From the NCBI GenBank assembly GCA_964247135.1, contig CAXTTL010000026.1:8474-31823 (forward strand): 23,350 nt of DNA, read 5' to 3'. Position 1 is the stretch's first letter. Each line of letters begins with the position of its first letter. This stretch comes from an uncultured Deinococcales bacterium. GTDB lineage: Bacteria > Deinococcota > Deinococci > Deinococcales > JAAFIG01. Position numbers and translations under genes: made by a program. The notes under the pieces were generated by a model. It saw nothing but the letters and a program-made list of their open reading frames with translations, made no database searches and was not told where the DNA came from. This document shows, piece by piece, positions 1 to 12,007 of the stretch.

Positions 1-68
1 CGACCCTGCCCGAAGGTGCGTTTTAGGGTCAAGAACAGTTGTTCGGTTGTTAAGCGACCTTAACCCAA

Positions 69-87
69 GTCTAAGACCATCCCCTAC
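69..87. repeat. Partial copy (right arm) of 29-bp REP-like palindrome GTAGGGGATGGTCT-N-AGACCATCCCCTAC
   Basis: GTCTAAGACCATCCCCTAC matches the copies at 2251, 5168 and 5606. Confidence 0.8.
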
Positions 88-112
88 GCCGTCCTTTGTG
101 TCAAAATGGGTC

Positions 113-607
113 ATGGAATCCTTGCAGATTCGTCAAGCCAGCCCGCTCGATGCGCGGCGCCTTTGCGAGATTTACAATTGGTATGTTTTGAACACCATCA
201 TCACCTTTGAACTCGAGCCAATCTCGAGCAGCGAAATGACTGAACGCATTGTGCAAAAGCTCGAGAGGTACGATTGGTTGGTGGGCGAGCACGACCGTGA
301 GATTGTTGGTTATGCCTACGCAGGTTCGTTTCGTGCTCGGGCAGCCTATGACCACAGCACCGAGTTAAGTGTTTATTTGGATCACAGCAAAACGGGTCAG
401 GGTTTTGGTCTGATCTTGTACCAGGCAATGATTGAGCGTTGCCATGCGCTTGGATTTAAGGAATTGATTGGCGGCGTTGCCCTGCCCAACGAGACGAGCG
501 TGAAATTGCACGAGCGGCTCGGTTTTCAAAAAATTGGCGTGTTCTCGAGGGTTGGTTTTAAGTTTGAACGCTACATCGATGTTGGGTTTTGGCAACTGTC
601 ACTTTGA
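113..607 (+). CDS. GNAT N-acetyltransferase, phosphinothricin acetyltransferase (Pat/YncA)-like
   Basis: Motifs [68 protein letters not shown]. Start set at ATG 113 because the 47-112 extension merely translates the REP-like repeat. Confidence 0.9.
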   Translation: MESLQIRQASPLDARRLCEIYNWYVLNTIITFELEPISSSEMTERIVQKLERYDWLVGEHDREIVGYAYAGSFRARAAYDHSTELSVYLDHSKTGQGFGLILYQAMIERCHALGFKELIGGVALPNETSVKLHERLGFQKIGVFSRVGFKFERYIDVGFWQLSL

Positions 608-2227
608 TGCTTTGTGCTGACGGTAGCGTCTAATTAAAACATTGGTCGAACTGTCATGCTCGAGTTTGGGTTCAGTCTCACTCGAGAGTTCTGGTTCGAT
701 TCTTTGCGCCAGGACTTTACCCAACTCCACGCCCCACTGATCAAAAGAGTTGATGTCCCAAATGACGCCTTGGACAAAAACCTTGTGCTCGTACAGGGCA
801 ATCAGTGCGCCCAGGCAGTGCGGCGTGAGTTTTTCCGCGAGGATGGTGTTGCTCGGGCGGTTGCCATCAAACACGCGATGCGGAATCAATTCTGGTTTGA
901 CACCGTCGCTGGCGACCTGTTCGGCGGTTTTACCGAATGCCAGCGCTTGGGTTTGCGCAAAAACATTTGCCATCAAAATATCGTGGTGAGGCTCGAGTGG
1001 GTTGAGGCTTTGCATGAAGCCAATAAAATCGCACGGGATCAGTTTGGTGCCTTGGTGGATGAGCTGGTAAAACGCGTGTTGTCCGTTCGTGCCTGGTTGC
1101 CCCCAAATCACAGGACCGGTCTGGTAATCGGTCGTTTCACCTTTGATCGTGATGTGTTTGCCGTTGGATTCCATGTCGAGTTGTTGAAGGTAGGCGCTGA
1201 AGTAGGTGAGGTAATGGTCGTAAGGCAGCACCGCGAGACTCTGGGCGTCAAAGAAATTGTTGTACCACAAGCCGAGCAGCGCCATGATGACGGGCATGTT
1301 TTGCTCGAGTGGCGCGGTTTTGAAGTGGGTGTCCATGTCGTGAAAACCGGAAAGCATCTGCTTGAAGTGGTCCGATCCAATGGCGATCATCAAGCTTAAA
1401 CCAACCGCAGAATCCATCGAGTAACGCCCGCCGACCCAATCCCAAAAACCGAACATGTTGTTGGTGTCAATGCCGAACTTGGCGACCTCGCTGGCGTTGG
1501 TGGAGACTGCCACAAAATGCCGTGCCACCGCCGCGTCATCTTCCAGACTTTCCAAGCACCAAGCCCTGGCAGAGTTCGCGTTGGTCATCGTCTCGAGGGT
1601 GGTGAAGGTTTTGGAGCAGACGATAAACAGGGTTTCTTCAGGATTTAAATCCCTGGTCGCCTCGACAAAATCCGTGCCGTCCACGTTCGAGACGAAGCGA
1701 CACTCGAGGTTGCGCTCAGAGTAAAACCCGAGCGCTTTGTACGCCATGACCGGACCCAAATCGCTGCCGCCGATGCCGATGTTGACAATGGTTTTGATGC
1801 GTTTGCCCGTAAAACCGAGCCATGCGCCCGTGCGGATTTGATCGGCGAACGCCGCCATTTTGTCCAGCACCGCATGAACTTCGGGGACAATATTCACGCC
1901 ATCCACCAAAATAACTGCATCTCGAGGGGCGCGAAGTGCTGTGTGAAGCACAGCGCGGTTTTCGGTGATGTTGATTTTTTCACCAGCGAACATGGCGTTT
2001 ATTTTCGCGCTCAAACCCGCGTCTTTTGCCAGCTCGATCAGCAATGAAAGTGTTTGGTCATTGACCCGATTTTTCGAGTAATCCAAGTACAAACCCACCG
2101 CCTCAAGCGTTAGGCGTGTTCCCCTGGTTGGGTCACTGGAAAATAAATCTCGCAGGTGGACGTTTTTAAAATCGTTAAAGTGTGTCTCAAGCGATTTCCA
2201 GGTGGCATGGCTGGTCAGTGATGTCAT
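599..2227 (-). CDS. pgi: Glucose-6-phosphate isomerase
   Basis: [86 protein letters not shown] before the ATG. Confidence 0.98.
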   Translation of the reverse strand: MTSLTSHATWKSLETHFNDFKNVHLRDLFSSDPTRGTRLTLEAVGLYLDYSKNRVNDQTLSLLIELAKDAGLSAKINAMFAGEKINITENRAVLHTALRAPRDAVILVDGVNIVPEVHAVLDKMAAFADQIRTGAWLGFTGKRIKTIVNIGIGGSDLGPVMAYKALGFYSERNLECRFVSNVDGTDFVEATRDLNPEETLFIVCSKTFTTLETMTNANSARAWCLESLEDDAAVARHFVAVSTNASEVAKFGIDTNNMFGFWDWVGGRYSMDSAVGLSLMIAIGSDHFKQMLSGFHDMDTHFKTAPLEQNMPVIMALLGLWYNNFFDAQSLAVLPYDHYLTYFSAYLQQLDMESNGKHITIKGETTDYQTGPVIWGQPGTNGQHAFYQLIHQGTKLIPCDFIGFMQSLNPLEPHHDILMANVFAQTQALAFGKTAEQVASDGVKPELIPHRVFDGNRPSNTILAEKLTPHCLGALIALYEHKVFVQGVIWDINSFDQWGVELGKVLAQRIEPELSSETEPKLEHDSSTNVLIRRYRQHKASK

Positions 2228-2250
2228 GGTTGCTCCTTAAAGTTTCTTCT

Positions 2251-2293
2251 GTGGGGGATGGTCTGAGATCATTCCCTACGACCATCCTCTACA
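2251..2293. repeat. Full-length degenerate 29-bp REP-like palindrome (2251-2279) followed by an extra right-arm fragment
   Basis: GTGGGGGATGGTCTGAGATCATTCCCTAC then GACCATCCTCTACA, in the cheB-pgi intergenic gap. Confidence 0.85.
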
Positions 2294-2295
2294 TC

Positions 2296-3360
2296 CTACA
2301 TGGGTTTTAATGCCAGCAAAGCACCAATAATTTCTTCTGGGTTTAACACCGCATCGACCACACCAAGCCCGATAGCGGCATTGGGCATACTGAAAATCAC
2401 GCTCGAGTTTTTGTCTTGGGCGATGACCGTGCCGCCAGCGTTTTTTAAGTCCTGTAAACCAAGCGCTCCGTCGCTGCCCATGCCCGTCAAGACGATGCCC
2501 AGGGCGCTCGAGCCGTACTCGCTGGCGAGAGAACGAAACAGCACCGTTCCCGATGGTCTGTGACCGCTGACGGGCGGCTCGAGGCTGGAGGTCAGGACGC
2601 CATTTTTGATGGTGAGGTGATGCTCGGAGGCGATGGTAACGCCCATCTCGAGTTTGCTGCCCGCCTGGGCGAGGCGAACTGGGATGCTGCAAAGTGGTTT
2701 GAGCCAATCCACCAGGCTTTGCGCAAAACCGGCAGCGATGTGTTGCACGATCACAATTGGGATTTCAAAATTGGCGGGCAGTTGCGTCAACATTTGCTCG
2801 AGGGCAGCGGGTCCGCCGGTGCTGGCGGCAATGCCAATGATTTGAATGTGCTCGGGCGCTGTGAATGTCGTTGTGATGTTGGGTTTGATGGTTGCTCGAG
2901 GTTTTTCAAGCGCTATCAAAGGGTTTTCCCGTTTGTGACGTCCTTTGATGCGTATTTTGGATAAGCCTTTGACCATGCGCACAAATTCGGCGCTGGCGGT
3001 CAAAGATGCGGCGTTTGGTTTTGCCAGAATACCCAGCACGCCAGCGTTTAAGGCTTGGGCGATCATGTGTTGGTTGCTGCGGCTGACGCTGCCCGTGACC
3101 ATTAAAATTGGGGTTGGATTGTCGCGCATGATGTGCTCGGAGGCAATCAGACCGTCCATGATCGGCATTCGCAAGTCCATCGTGATCAAATCTGGTCTCA
3201 GGCGATTCACCGCCACAATTGCCTCTTCGCCGTTGCTCGCCCAACCGATGACTTGCACCAGTGGGTCTGCCTCGAGCATTCCGATCAGCATGGTGCGTTG
3301 CGAACTCGAGTCGTCCACCACCAGGACGCGCACGGGTTGTTCGGTTGTGGCTGGGGTCAC
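2296..3360 (-). CDS. cheB: Chemotaxis-type protein-glutamate methylesterase (REC + CheB domains)
   Basis: N-terminal receiver (VLVVDDS, PDLITMDLRMPIMDG, KP). C-terminal methylesterase with catalytic Ser/His/Asp motifs AASTGG, VQHI, LTGMGSDGA; also HRPSG, IAQD, SSVIFSMP. Confidence 0.95.
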   Translation of the reverse strand: MTPATTEQPVRVLVVDDSSSQRTMLIGMLEADPLVQVIGWASNGEEAIVAVNRLRPDLITMDLRMPIMDGLIASEHIMRDNPTPILMVTGSVSRSNQHMIAQALNAGVLGILAKPNAASLTASAEFVRMVKGLSKIRIKGRHKRENPLIALEKPRATIKPNITTTFTAPEHIQIIGIAASTGGPAALEQMLTQLPANFEIPIVIVQHIAAGFAQSLVDWLKPLCSIPVRLAQAGSKLEMGVTIASEHHLTIKNGVLTSSLEPPVSGHRPSGTVLFRSLASEYGSSALGIVLTGMGSDGALGLQDLKNAGGTVIAQDKNSSVIFSMPNAAIGLGVVDAVLNPEEIIGALLALKPM

Positions 3361-3366
3361 AGTTGC

Positions 3367-3372
3367 AGTCTA
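3367..3372 (-). promoter_or_regulatory. Putative -10 box (TAGACT) of a leaderless cheB transcript
   Basis: TAGACT-6nt-GTG; no SD fits between the box and the start. Confidence 0.6.
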
Positions 3373-3432
3373 CACCCTTTATGCAATCGTCATTTTTGCG
3401 CCAAAGTGCTTTACGCAATAAACGTAACACGG

Positions 3433-3438
3433 TACAAT
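3433..3438 (+). promoter_or_regulatory. Putative -10 box (TACAAT) of a leaderless recQ transcript
   Basis: TACAAT-7nt-GTG at 3446. Confidence 0.6.
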
Positions 3439-3445
3439 TGCCGGC

Positions 3446-6055
<2,610 letters not shown>

Positions 6056-6168
6056 GCTCGAGTTGCAAGATTTTTAAGCGGGTCGAGATCAGGTCTTAAA
6101 GACCAGGAACATAATATGGGAAAATTGATAGATGTGATAAAAAAACAATCTTTGTAACAATCATCAAG

Positions 6169-6174
6169 TATAGT
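6169..6174 (+). promoter_or_regulatory. Putative -10 box (TATAGT), leaderless start of the small-ORF/DGC unit
   Basis: TATAGT-6nt-ATG at 6181, preceded by an AT-rich tract (about 6110-6170). Confidence 0.6.
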
Positions 6175-6180
6175 CAACGC

Positions 6181-6408
6181 ATGATCGGTCAAATGCGTTT
6201 CCCAATAAACCCCGTCCAGAGTATTGGGTTGCTCTTGATATCCGTGCTGCTCGGCAAAATCACCCATCCAAATACCTTGATCCCCCAGCTTGCTTTTGGT
6301 GTCTGGGCTGTTTTCGTGCCCTTGTTTTTGGTGCTCAGCCTGATGGGTGCTCAGAAAAAGCATGAAGCTTCTGTGCCGATGTTGGCTCGAGGTGATGAGA
6401 CATGTTAA
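6181..6408 (+). CDS. Small hypothetical membrane protein (75 aa, about 2 TM)
   Basis: Two hydrophobic stretches, a leaderless -10 directly upstream, and a 7-nt overlap with the downstream DGC start. Confidence 0.6.
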   Translation: MIGQMRFPINPVQSIGLLLISVLLGKITHPNTLIPQLAFGVWAVFVPLFLVLSLMGAQKKHEASVPMLARGDETC

Positions 6409-7667
6409 ACCGCAAGCCACGGTCTTCCCGCCATTCAGTGCATCTGTTTGCCCTGCTCAGTGCCCTGTACCCGGCACTGATATGGATGCTGGTGCCAACC
6501 TTTGGAAGCATGACCGCCCTGATGTCGCTCTTTTTTACGGGAGCAGCCACCTGGGTTCTGGGATCACGCCTTGGGGTTGTGCTGGTCTTCGTAAACTTTG
6601 GCGAAAATCTGCTGTTGTTTAACGCGTTACAGACCTTACCATCAATGGGTGACTACAATACCACTCGAGACATCCTCGGTATTGTACTCAACATCTTGGT
6701 TGTTCTTGGAATCAATTACCTGCGGCGCATTGTCTCCTACCTCGAGGCGCAGACCCGCCGCTTGTCGCAACTCGAGGCAGCCATGAAGAACACCCGCGAA
6801 GCCATCGTGATTACCGATGCCAAATGGGAAGACGACAACGTCAATGTGCTGTTTGCCAACGCCGCCTACCACCGCCTTCTGGGTCGTAACCCCATCGAGG
6901 TCTTGGACACGCCGCCGCTGACCTATCTGGGCGTACCACGTTACGACCCTCGGATGGATTTGATTCGCAGGGCATTGCAAAACCTCGAGACTTTTTCTGG
7001 ACAGATGCGCACCACCACATCCGCTGGGGATGATTTGGACATTGACCTCAGCATTGACACGATCCAGGACGCCCACGGACGCCCCTCGAGTCTGGTCATG
7101 GTCTTGCGCGACATCAGCGCCTTCAAACGTCTGGAGCGAGAACTCTCGTATCAGGCGCACCACGATGCCCTGACCGGCTTGCCAAACCGGGTGCTTTTTG
7201 AAGACCGTCTGGCGCAAACCATTGCCCACAGCGAGCGCTACGGTCGGTTGTTCACGGTCATGTTTCTTGACCTGGACGGCTTTAAAGATGTCAATGACAG
7301 TTTGGGTCACGACGCGGGCGACGAGCTGCTGGTCAAGGTCGCTGGACGCCTCAAACAAAAGTTAAGAACCAGCGATACCGTTGCCCGACTTGGCGGCGAC
7401 GAGTTTACGGTGATCGTGCCAATTCAGAATGCGTCCCATGCCAAGATCGTGGCTGACAAGTTGCTGAGTGCTTTCGAGGTACCTTTCGAGGTTGCCGGTC
7501 AGTCCCTGAGCATCCACGCCTCGTTGGGCGTCAGCGTGTACCCACGTGACGGCACGGACGCCTCGACCTTACAAAAGCACGCCGACATTGCCATGTACCA
7601 TGTCAAGAACAGCGGAAAGAACGACGCGCACCTGTTCTCCGAGCAAATGCAGGTTCAGGGTCTGTAA
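6402..7667 (+). CDS. Membrane-anchored PAS-GGDEF diguanylate cyclase
   Basis: N-terminal TM helices; PAS (EAIVITDA...ANAAY...LRDIS); HDALTGLPNR, FLDLDGFKDVND, RTSDTVARLGGDEF (intact active site and RxxD I-site), ADIAMY. RBS GAGGTG. Confidence 0.95.
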   Translation: MLNRKPRSSRHSVHLFALLSALYPALIWMLVPTFGSMTALMSLFFTGAATWVLGSRLGVVLVFVNFGENLLLFNALQTLPSMGDYNTTRDILGIVLNILVVLGINYLRRIVSYLEAQTRRLSQLEAAMKNTREAIVITDAKWEDDNVNVLFANAAYHRLLGRNPIEVLDTPPLTYLGVPRYDPRMDLIRRALQNLETFSGQMRTTTSAGDDLDIDLSIDTIQDAHGRPSSLVMVLRDISAFKRLERELSYQAHHDALTGLPNRVLFEDRLAQTIAHSERYGRLFTVMFLDLDGFKDVNDSLGHDAGDELLVKVAGRLKQKLRTSDTVARLGGDEFTVIVPIQNASHAKIVADKLLSAFEVPFEVAGQSLSIHASLGVSVYPRDGTDASTLQKHADIAMYHVKNSGKNDAHLFSEQMQVQGL

Positions 7668-7729
7668 GGCTTGATTAGAGCAGGATAGTGGCAAGACGCA
7701 AGTGACACAAAAGCTCGAGCAACTCTGTC

Positions 7730-7749
7730 GCATAGCCATGCACCCCTAC
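7730..7749. repeat. Degenerate REP-like element (second family) between convergent genes
   Basis: GCATAGCCATGCACCCCTAC, ending in the same CCCCTAC tail as the 29-bp family. Confidence 0.45.
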
Positions 7750-7751
7750 CC

Positions 7752-7793
7752 TTATTCGCAAATCGCGTTTGGTTATTCGCAAATTGCGTTTGG
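7752..7793. repeat. 21-bp tandem direct repeat duplicating the 3' end and stop codon of the 7773-8336 gene
   Basis: TTATTCGCAAATCGCGTTTGG / TTATTCGCAAATTGCGTTTGG (1 mismatch). Confidence 0.9.
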
Positions 7794-8336
7794 TGGGTCT
7801 TGCCCAAAGTCGCCAAACATCAATTTTTGCGGGATGCACATGGTTTTTTCAAGGTTGATTTTGCCGTGTTCGTCAAAGTAAATTTGCAAGACCCATCCAA
7901 AAACGCAGGGCGGAAAGGGTTTGGACACCCAGTTGGCGGTTTCGGGCAACTTGTGAGCTTCAACGCCCAGCGCGTCGGCAAGCTCGAGCATCCCGCTGTG
8001 TCGCCAACTGATGAGGATGTTGGCATTCTCAAATATTGGATTTGCTCGTAAGACTTGAACCAGTTTTTCGGGTACTTTGTCGTCGTAATTGGCGTCGATT
8101 GCCAAGCCCAAGGTTTTTGCCAGTGGCTCGAGGGTCAACAATGGTCGGCGGCTGGTGTTTGAACTGGCGGCGGCAAACAATGCCGTCCATTGCAAGGGTT
8201 GGGAATCGATGACGTAATTCTGAAAATAACTGACGTAAGCTTGCGCTCGGGCTTGACCAGACAGCGTCAGCCCGTCGCTGCCGTCGAAGGGTTTTTCGCC
8301 GTGACGAATGATTAAAATGTTGGTGTTTTTTAACAT
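7773..8336 (-). CDS. Histidine phosphatase (phosphoglycerate mutase/SixA) superfamily protein
   Basis: N-terminal ILIIRHGEKP motif, GLTLSGQARA, RRPLLTLEPLA, ILISWRH. Confidence 0.8.
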   Translation of the reverse strand: MLKNTNILIIRHGEKPFDGSDGLTLSGQARAQAYVSYFQNYVIDSQPLQWTALFAAASSNTSRRPLLTLEPLAKTLGLAIDANYDDKVPEKLVQVLRANPIFENANILISWRHSGMLELADALGVEAHKLPETANWVSKPFPPCVFGWVLQIYFDEHGKINLEKTMCIPQKLMFGDFGQDPPNAICE

Positions 8337-8355
8337 GGTTTTTCCAATCTGTGCT

Positions 8356-9585
8356 TTAACGGTACACGCCAGTATGCCCCAAAGAGTAACGCCCTGGTTG
8401 TGGGAAAAAAGTCAAGCCGTGCGGTCCACGTCCGACCTTGATGCGCTTCTCGAGTGTTCCGAGGCGCGTGTCAAAGACGTAAACCTCGCCGTTGTTGCGT
8501 CCCGCCAGCCAGAGTTGCCTGCCGTCGGCGGAGACGCTGCCCATGTCTGGGCTGCCACCGCCCGGGATGCGCCATTTGGCGATCAATTTGCGCGTGGCAA
8601 ACTCGAGCACGCTGATTGAACCCTCGCCCCGATTGGAGATGTAAAGGTTTTTGGCGTCGCGGCTGGGGTACAAGCCGTGTGCACCCTTGCCGGTGGGAAT
8701 AAACTCGAGCAGCTTGAAGGTGCTGGCGTCAATCACGTGCAAGCCATCTGCCATCATGTCGGCAACGTAAAAGAGTTTGCCATCTGGCGAGAGTTTGACA
8801 TCTTGCGGCATTCCGCCGACGTGCAGTTTGGTAATCACTTTTTTGGCTGCCAGGTCGATGTGAACCAAATCGCCGCTGAACTCGCAGGCGGCAACAATAA
8901 AGCGTCCGTCGCTCGAGAAATCCATGTGGTTGATGCCTTTGCACGGCACAGTTAAACTCGAGCGTTTTTGCCAGGTGTGCGGGTCAAAAAAGTCCAGGCG
9001 GCGTCTGTATTCGGCGACGACAATCGCGTCGTGACCGTCTGGCGTGAAGTACAGGTTGTACGGGTCTTGAATCTTGATCGGTGTGCCGAGCGTGGCGCTG
9101 CGTGGGTCGATGGGCGTGATGGTGTTGCCGACATCGTTGACCACGTACAGGGTTTTGAGGTCATAGGCTGGGACGACATGCTGAGGTTCTTTGTCCACCG
9201 AATAGGTGGCAATGACTTTAAAAGTTTTGGGGTCGATCACGCTGAGTTTGTTACTTTTACCGTCTGGCACGTAGACTCGAGCAGGAATACCCGCAACCGC
9301 AGGACTGAACGCGCCAACATGGTCAAAGGCATAAACATTTTCGGGCTTGAAGCCTGGCATTCCTGGCAAACCCATTTGCAAACCCGGCTCGAGTTTGACC
9401 ATTGTCACGGTTTTTGTTGTGGGCGCTGGGTTAACTGAAACTGGGTTGACTGGTACTGGGATGGCTGGATTGGGCGGTACAGCCGTGGAGCGTTGACCCA
9501 AGACCATCCATCCGGCAATTCCCAAACCGAGCGCCACCACGGTCGGCGCAACGAATCGTCTCAAACCCGAGGGTTTAACGCCCAT
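8356..9585 (-). CDS. YncE/YVTN-type beta-propeller protein with N-terminal membrane anchor or signal
   Basis: Repeats such as RVYVPD...LSVIDPKTFKVI, PQDVKLSPDGKLFYVAD, GAHGLYPSRD, GRGPHGL. Start placed at ATG 9585, overlapping the end of the upstream gene. Confidence 0.88.
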   Translation of the reverse strand: MGVKPSGLRRFVAPTVVALGLGIAGWMVLGQRSTAVPPNPAIPVPVNPVSVNPAPTTKTVTMVKLEPGLQMGLPGMPGFKPENVYAFDHVGAFSPAVAGIPARVYVPDGKSNKLSVIDPKTFKVIATYSVDKEPQHVVPAYDLKTLYVVNDVGNTITPIDPRSATLGTPIKIQDPYNLYFTPDGHDAIVVAEYRRRLDFFDPHTWQKRSSLTVPCKGINHMDFSSDGRFIVAACEFSGDLVHIDLAAKKVITKLHVGGMPQDVKLSPDGKLFYVADMMADGLHVIDASTFKLLEFIPTGKGAHGLYPSRDAKNLYISNRGEGSISVLEFATRKLIAKWRIPGGGSPDMGSVSADGRQLWLAGRNNGEVYVFDTRLGTLEKRIKVGRGPHGLTFFPQPGRYSLGHTGVYR

Positions 9586-10105
9586 AGACACCCAACAACT
9601 TCGCCTCGAGCAACTTGTGCTTTTTGATTGCGCCATGCACGGCGTTCAAGCTCGAGCCTGCGGGCAAACCCAAACTGGTTGCATTGATGGCGTAAAAGTC
9701 GATGTAATAATGGTGGGCTTTTGCGCCCTTGCTTGGGCAGGGTGCGCTCCAACCGAGTTTGCCGAACGAATTTTTGCCCTGCTTAAAACCGTTCACGCTC
9801 GAGCCGACCCCAATGCCTTCGGGCAGTGATTTTGTACCGATTGGAATGTCGTAAACCACCCACTGCGATGCCAGTCCAGAGGGTGCATCATCGTCCCAGC
9901 CCAGAATGGCAAAGCTTTTTGTGCCTTTGGGCGGCGTGCCAAACTCGAGGGCGGGACTGTTGCCCGCGCCGTCGCAGGTGATCGATCTGGGCAGTCTGCC
10001 GCCCTGCGAATAGCTTGGGCTTTTGAGGGTAAAACCCGTCGAGATGGCAACTGCCGCACCCAGGACGGCGAACGCGAGAACCGAGCCGATATGTTTGATG
10101 TGCAT
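9575..10105 (-). CDS. Secreted YbhB/YbcL (PEBP/Raf kinase inhibitor-like) protein
   Basis: Signal peptide; TCDGAGNSPAL, PKGTKSFA, DDDAP, QWVVYDIP, QGKNSFG, PCP, HHYY..FYA. RBS AAGGA. Confidence 0.92.
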   Translation of the reverse strand: MHIKHIGSVLAFAVLGAAVAISTGFTLKSPSYSQGGRLPRSITCDGAGNSPALEFGTPPKGTKSFAILGWDDDAPSGLASQWVVYDIPIGTKSLPEGIGVGSSVNGFKQGKNSFGKLGWSAPCPSKGAKAHHYYIDFYAINATSLGLPAGSSLNAVHGAIKKHKLLEAKLLGVYGR

Positions 10106-10365
10106 AGATTCCTTTTCGAGCCTTCAGTGCCTTGCCAGCCTGAAGATGACAAATCCAAACAGTCAACCTGTTTTGGGTGTAAACCAGATGAAACCACAGC
10201 GCAGGTTTTCTCGAGTATGAATAATTGTAATGCCGTTTGGTTTCGATTGGGTTAAGAAGGTTTGATGGTTGTGCTCAGGTGATTCTCTTCCATCTGGGCT
10301 TCACGTGCTGGGTTCAAACTGCGCTCGAGTCAGAAAGCACTGAACTCGTTTTAAGGAGATAAATC

Positions 10366-10689
10366 ATGTTGAAATCATTGAAGTCCACGTTGGTCGCTTT
10401 GACACTCGCCTCAGGCTTGTTTGTCGCCGCCGCGCAAACCGCCACGCCAAGCACGCCAGCACCGACCCCAAGCGTTCCAGCCGCCACAGCCACCTGCAAG
10501 GTTGCTGCCGTGAACGTCAACACCGCCCTCAAAGCCGATCTGCAAAAAGTGCCTGGCATCGGCGCCAAAATGGCGGATGCGATCATCGCCGCCCGTCCGT
10601 TCAAAGACGAAGCCGATCTGGTCAAGCGCGTCAAAGGCATTGGCAAGAAGAACATCGTAACCTTCCGTCCTTGCTTTTTGTACAAGTAA
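10366..10689 (+). CDS. ComEA-like exported helix-hairpin-helix DNA-binding protein
   Basis: Signal peptide, P/T/A-rich linker, VNVNTA...LQKVPGIGAKMADAII...RPF...VKGIGKK. RBS AAGGAG. Confidence 0.9.
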   Translation: MLKSLKSTLVALTLASGLFVAAAQTATPSTPAPTPSVPAATATCKVAAVNVNTALKADLQKVPGIGAKMADAIIAARPFKDEADLVKRVKGIGKKNIVTFRPCFLYK

Positions 10690-10695
10690 AGTAAT

Positions 10696-10735
10696 AAAAA
10701 ACCTCGGGCTTGCCTTTGCAAACTCGGGGTTTTTT
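10696..10735. terminator. Bidirectional rho-independent terminator between convergent genes
   Basis: AAAAAACCTCGGGCTTGC-CTTT-GCAAACTCGGGGTTTTTT: stem-loop flanked by A6 and T6. Confidence 0.85.
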
Positions 10736-10747
10736 GCTGTCAGGAAA

Positions 10748-11974
10748 TCAATTGTTCGCTGCCAGCATTCCGACCGTTAAGAGTTTGATGCCTTTTGCCT
10801 TGGCAATTTTTAAAAAATCTGGCAGCACCTGAATGCTTTGCAGCACGTTGTCATGGAGCAGCACAATACCGCCGTAACGCAACCTTCTGACCAGGCGCGA
10901 CTCGAGTCTTTTGGTGCCGGCGTTGTCAAAATCGGCGGGGTCATCGGTCCAAAAAGTCGTGGTCAAACCCAGGTTTTCGGCTATCCTGAGCGTGGCTCTC
11001 GAGTAATCTCCGCCAGGCGGGCGAAAATAATGCACGGGCAACCCTGTGATGCCGGTCAAAATGATGTTGGTTTGCTCGAGTTCGTCTTGCACCACGCCCT
11101 GTGCAAGTCTGGGCAAGCGAATGTGATGGTAGGTGTGGTTGGCAATTTCGTGTCCGGCTTTAACCATGTCTTTGACAAAGTACGGATAGGCTTTGGCGTT
11201 GCGTCCGATACAAAAAAACGTGGCTTTGATGCCGGCGCGTTTTAAAGTGTCCAACAGCAAGGGTTCAAACAGTGGGTGGGGGGCATCGTCAAAGGTCAGG
11301 GCGGCGCTCGCCAGCCTTGGGTTGCCTTGAAACATCAACCCGCCGCGCACCCGCCCCGAAAGCTGCGAGGAGAGTTGCTGAACTTGCTGCGAACGGAGTT
11401 CTTGCTTTGAGCCGTAAAAGGTCGGGGTTTGCTCGAGGGTTTTGTCGGGTTTGGGCTGCGGACTCAAATTGCGCTCTGGATGTAACCAGATGCGCTCAAA
11501 ACCCGAGACTGTCGCGGCTTGAAGCTTTTCAAAACTGGTAAACTCGAGCTTGGGGACGCTGGCGGTCAACAGTGGCAGTACGCCGCCAAAGCCGTCGAAA
11601 TCTTCGCTCAGGTACAGGCTGACATCGACCTCTGCCAAACCTGGACGAGAGGCAAAGCTGCGTTTGACGGCTTCTTGTGCCAGTACCAGGTTGCGTGCCA
11701 ACGCCGCCTCGCGTTTGGGAACCAGCAGCAGCGCGTGAGCCACCTCGATAAAACCGTTGCTGGCGTACTCGACTTTTTTGACCTCTTTCATGGCTGGTTT
11801 TAACTCGAGTTGCGCCAGTGGTGCGGCGTTACGTTGCCCTGGCGCATCGGGTTGGGTTGCGCCTGGGGGTTGGACAAAGGGCAGCGGTTGACGTTGGGTT
11901 TGAGGTTGGGCAATCACCAAACCTGCCAGCAGCAGGCTGATTGTGATGGTGTAATACCAAGTGTTTGATCGCAT
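10748..11974 (-). CDS. Secreted polysaccharide deacetylase (NodB/CE4) with an extra N-terminal domain
   Basis: ALTFDDAP, KATFFCIG, GHEIANHTYHH, YFRPPGG, GGIVLLHD; N-terminal signal peptide. Confidence 0.93.
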   Translation of the reverse strand: MRSNTWYYTITISLLLAGLVIAQPQTQRQPLPFVQPPGATQPDAPGQRNAAPLAQLELKPAMKEVKKVEYASNGFIEVAHALLLVPKREAALARNLVLAQEAVKRSFASRPGLAEVDVSLYLSEDFDGFGGVLPLLTASVPKLEFTSFEKLQAATVSGFERIWLHPERNLSPQPKPDKTLEQTPTFYGSKQELRSQQVQQLSSQLSGRVRGGLMFQGNPRLASAALTFDDAPHPLFEPLLLDTLKRAGIKATFFCIGRNAKAYPYFVKDMVKAGHEIANHTYHHIRLPRLAQGVVQDELEQTNIILTGITGLPVHYFRPPGGDYSRATLRIAENLGLTTTFWTDDPADFDNAGTKRLESRLVRRLRYGGIVLLHDNVLQSIQVLPDFLKIAKAKGIKLLTVGMLAANN

Positions 11975-12007
11975 TAAAAACCCTTCTTGCCTCGAGCCAT
12001 CTCGAGT

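Noticed and set aside
1-26. Possible 3' end of an upstream + strand gene (..TLPEGAF*)
   Set aside because: Too short to support or assign
47-112. N-terminal extension of the GNAT ORF (TTG start, LRPSPT)
   Set aside because: It translates the intergenic REP-like repeat; family similarity begins at ATG 113
10150-10215. Short inverted repeats (AAACAG-N5-CTGTTT; AAAACC-N8-GGTTTT) in the PEBP/ComEA divergent region
   Set aside because: 6-bp arms can arise by chance and no cognate regulator is identifiable
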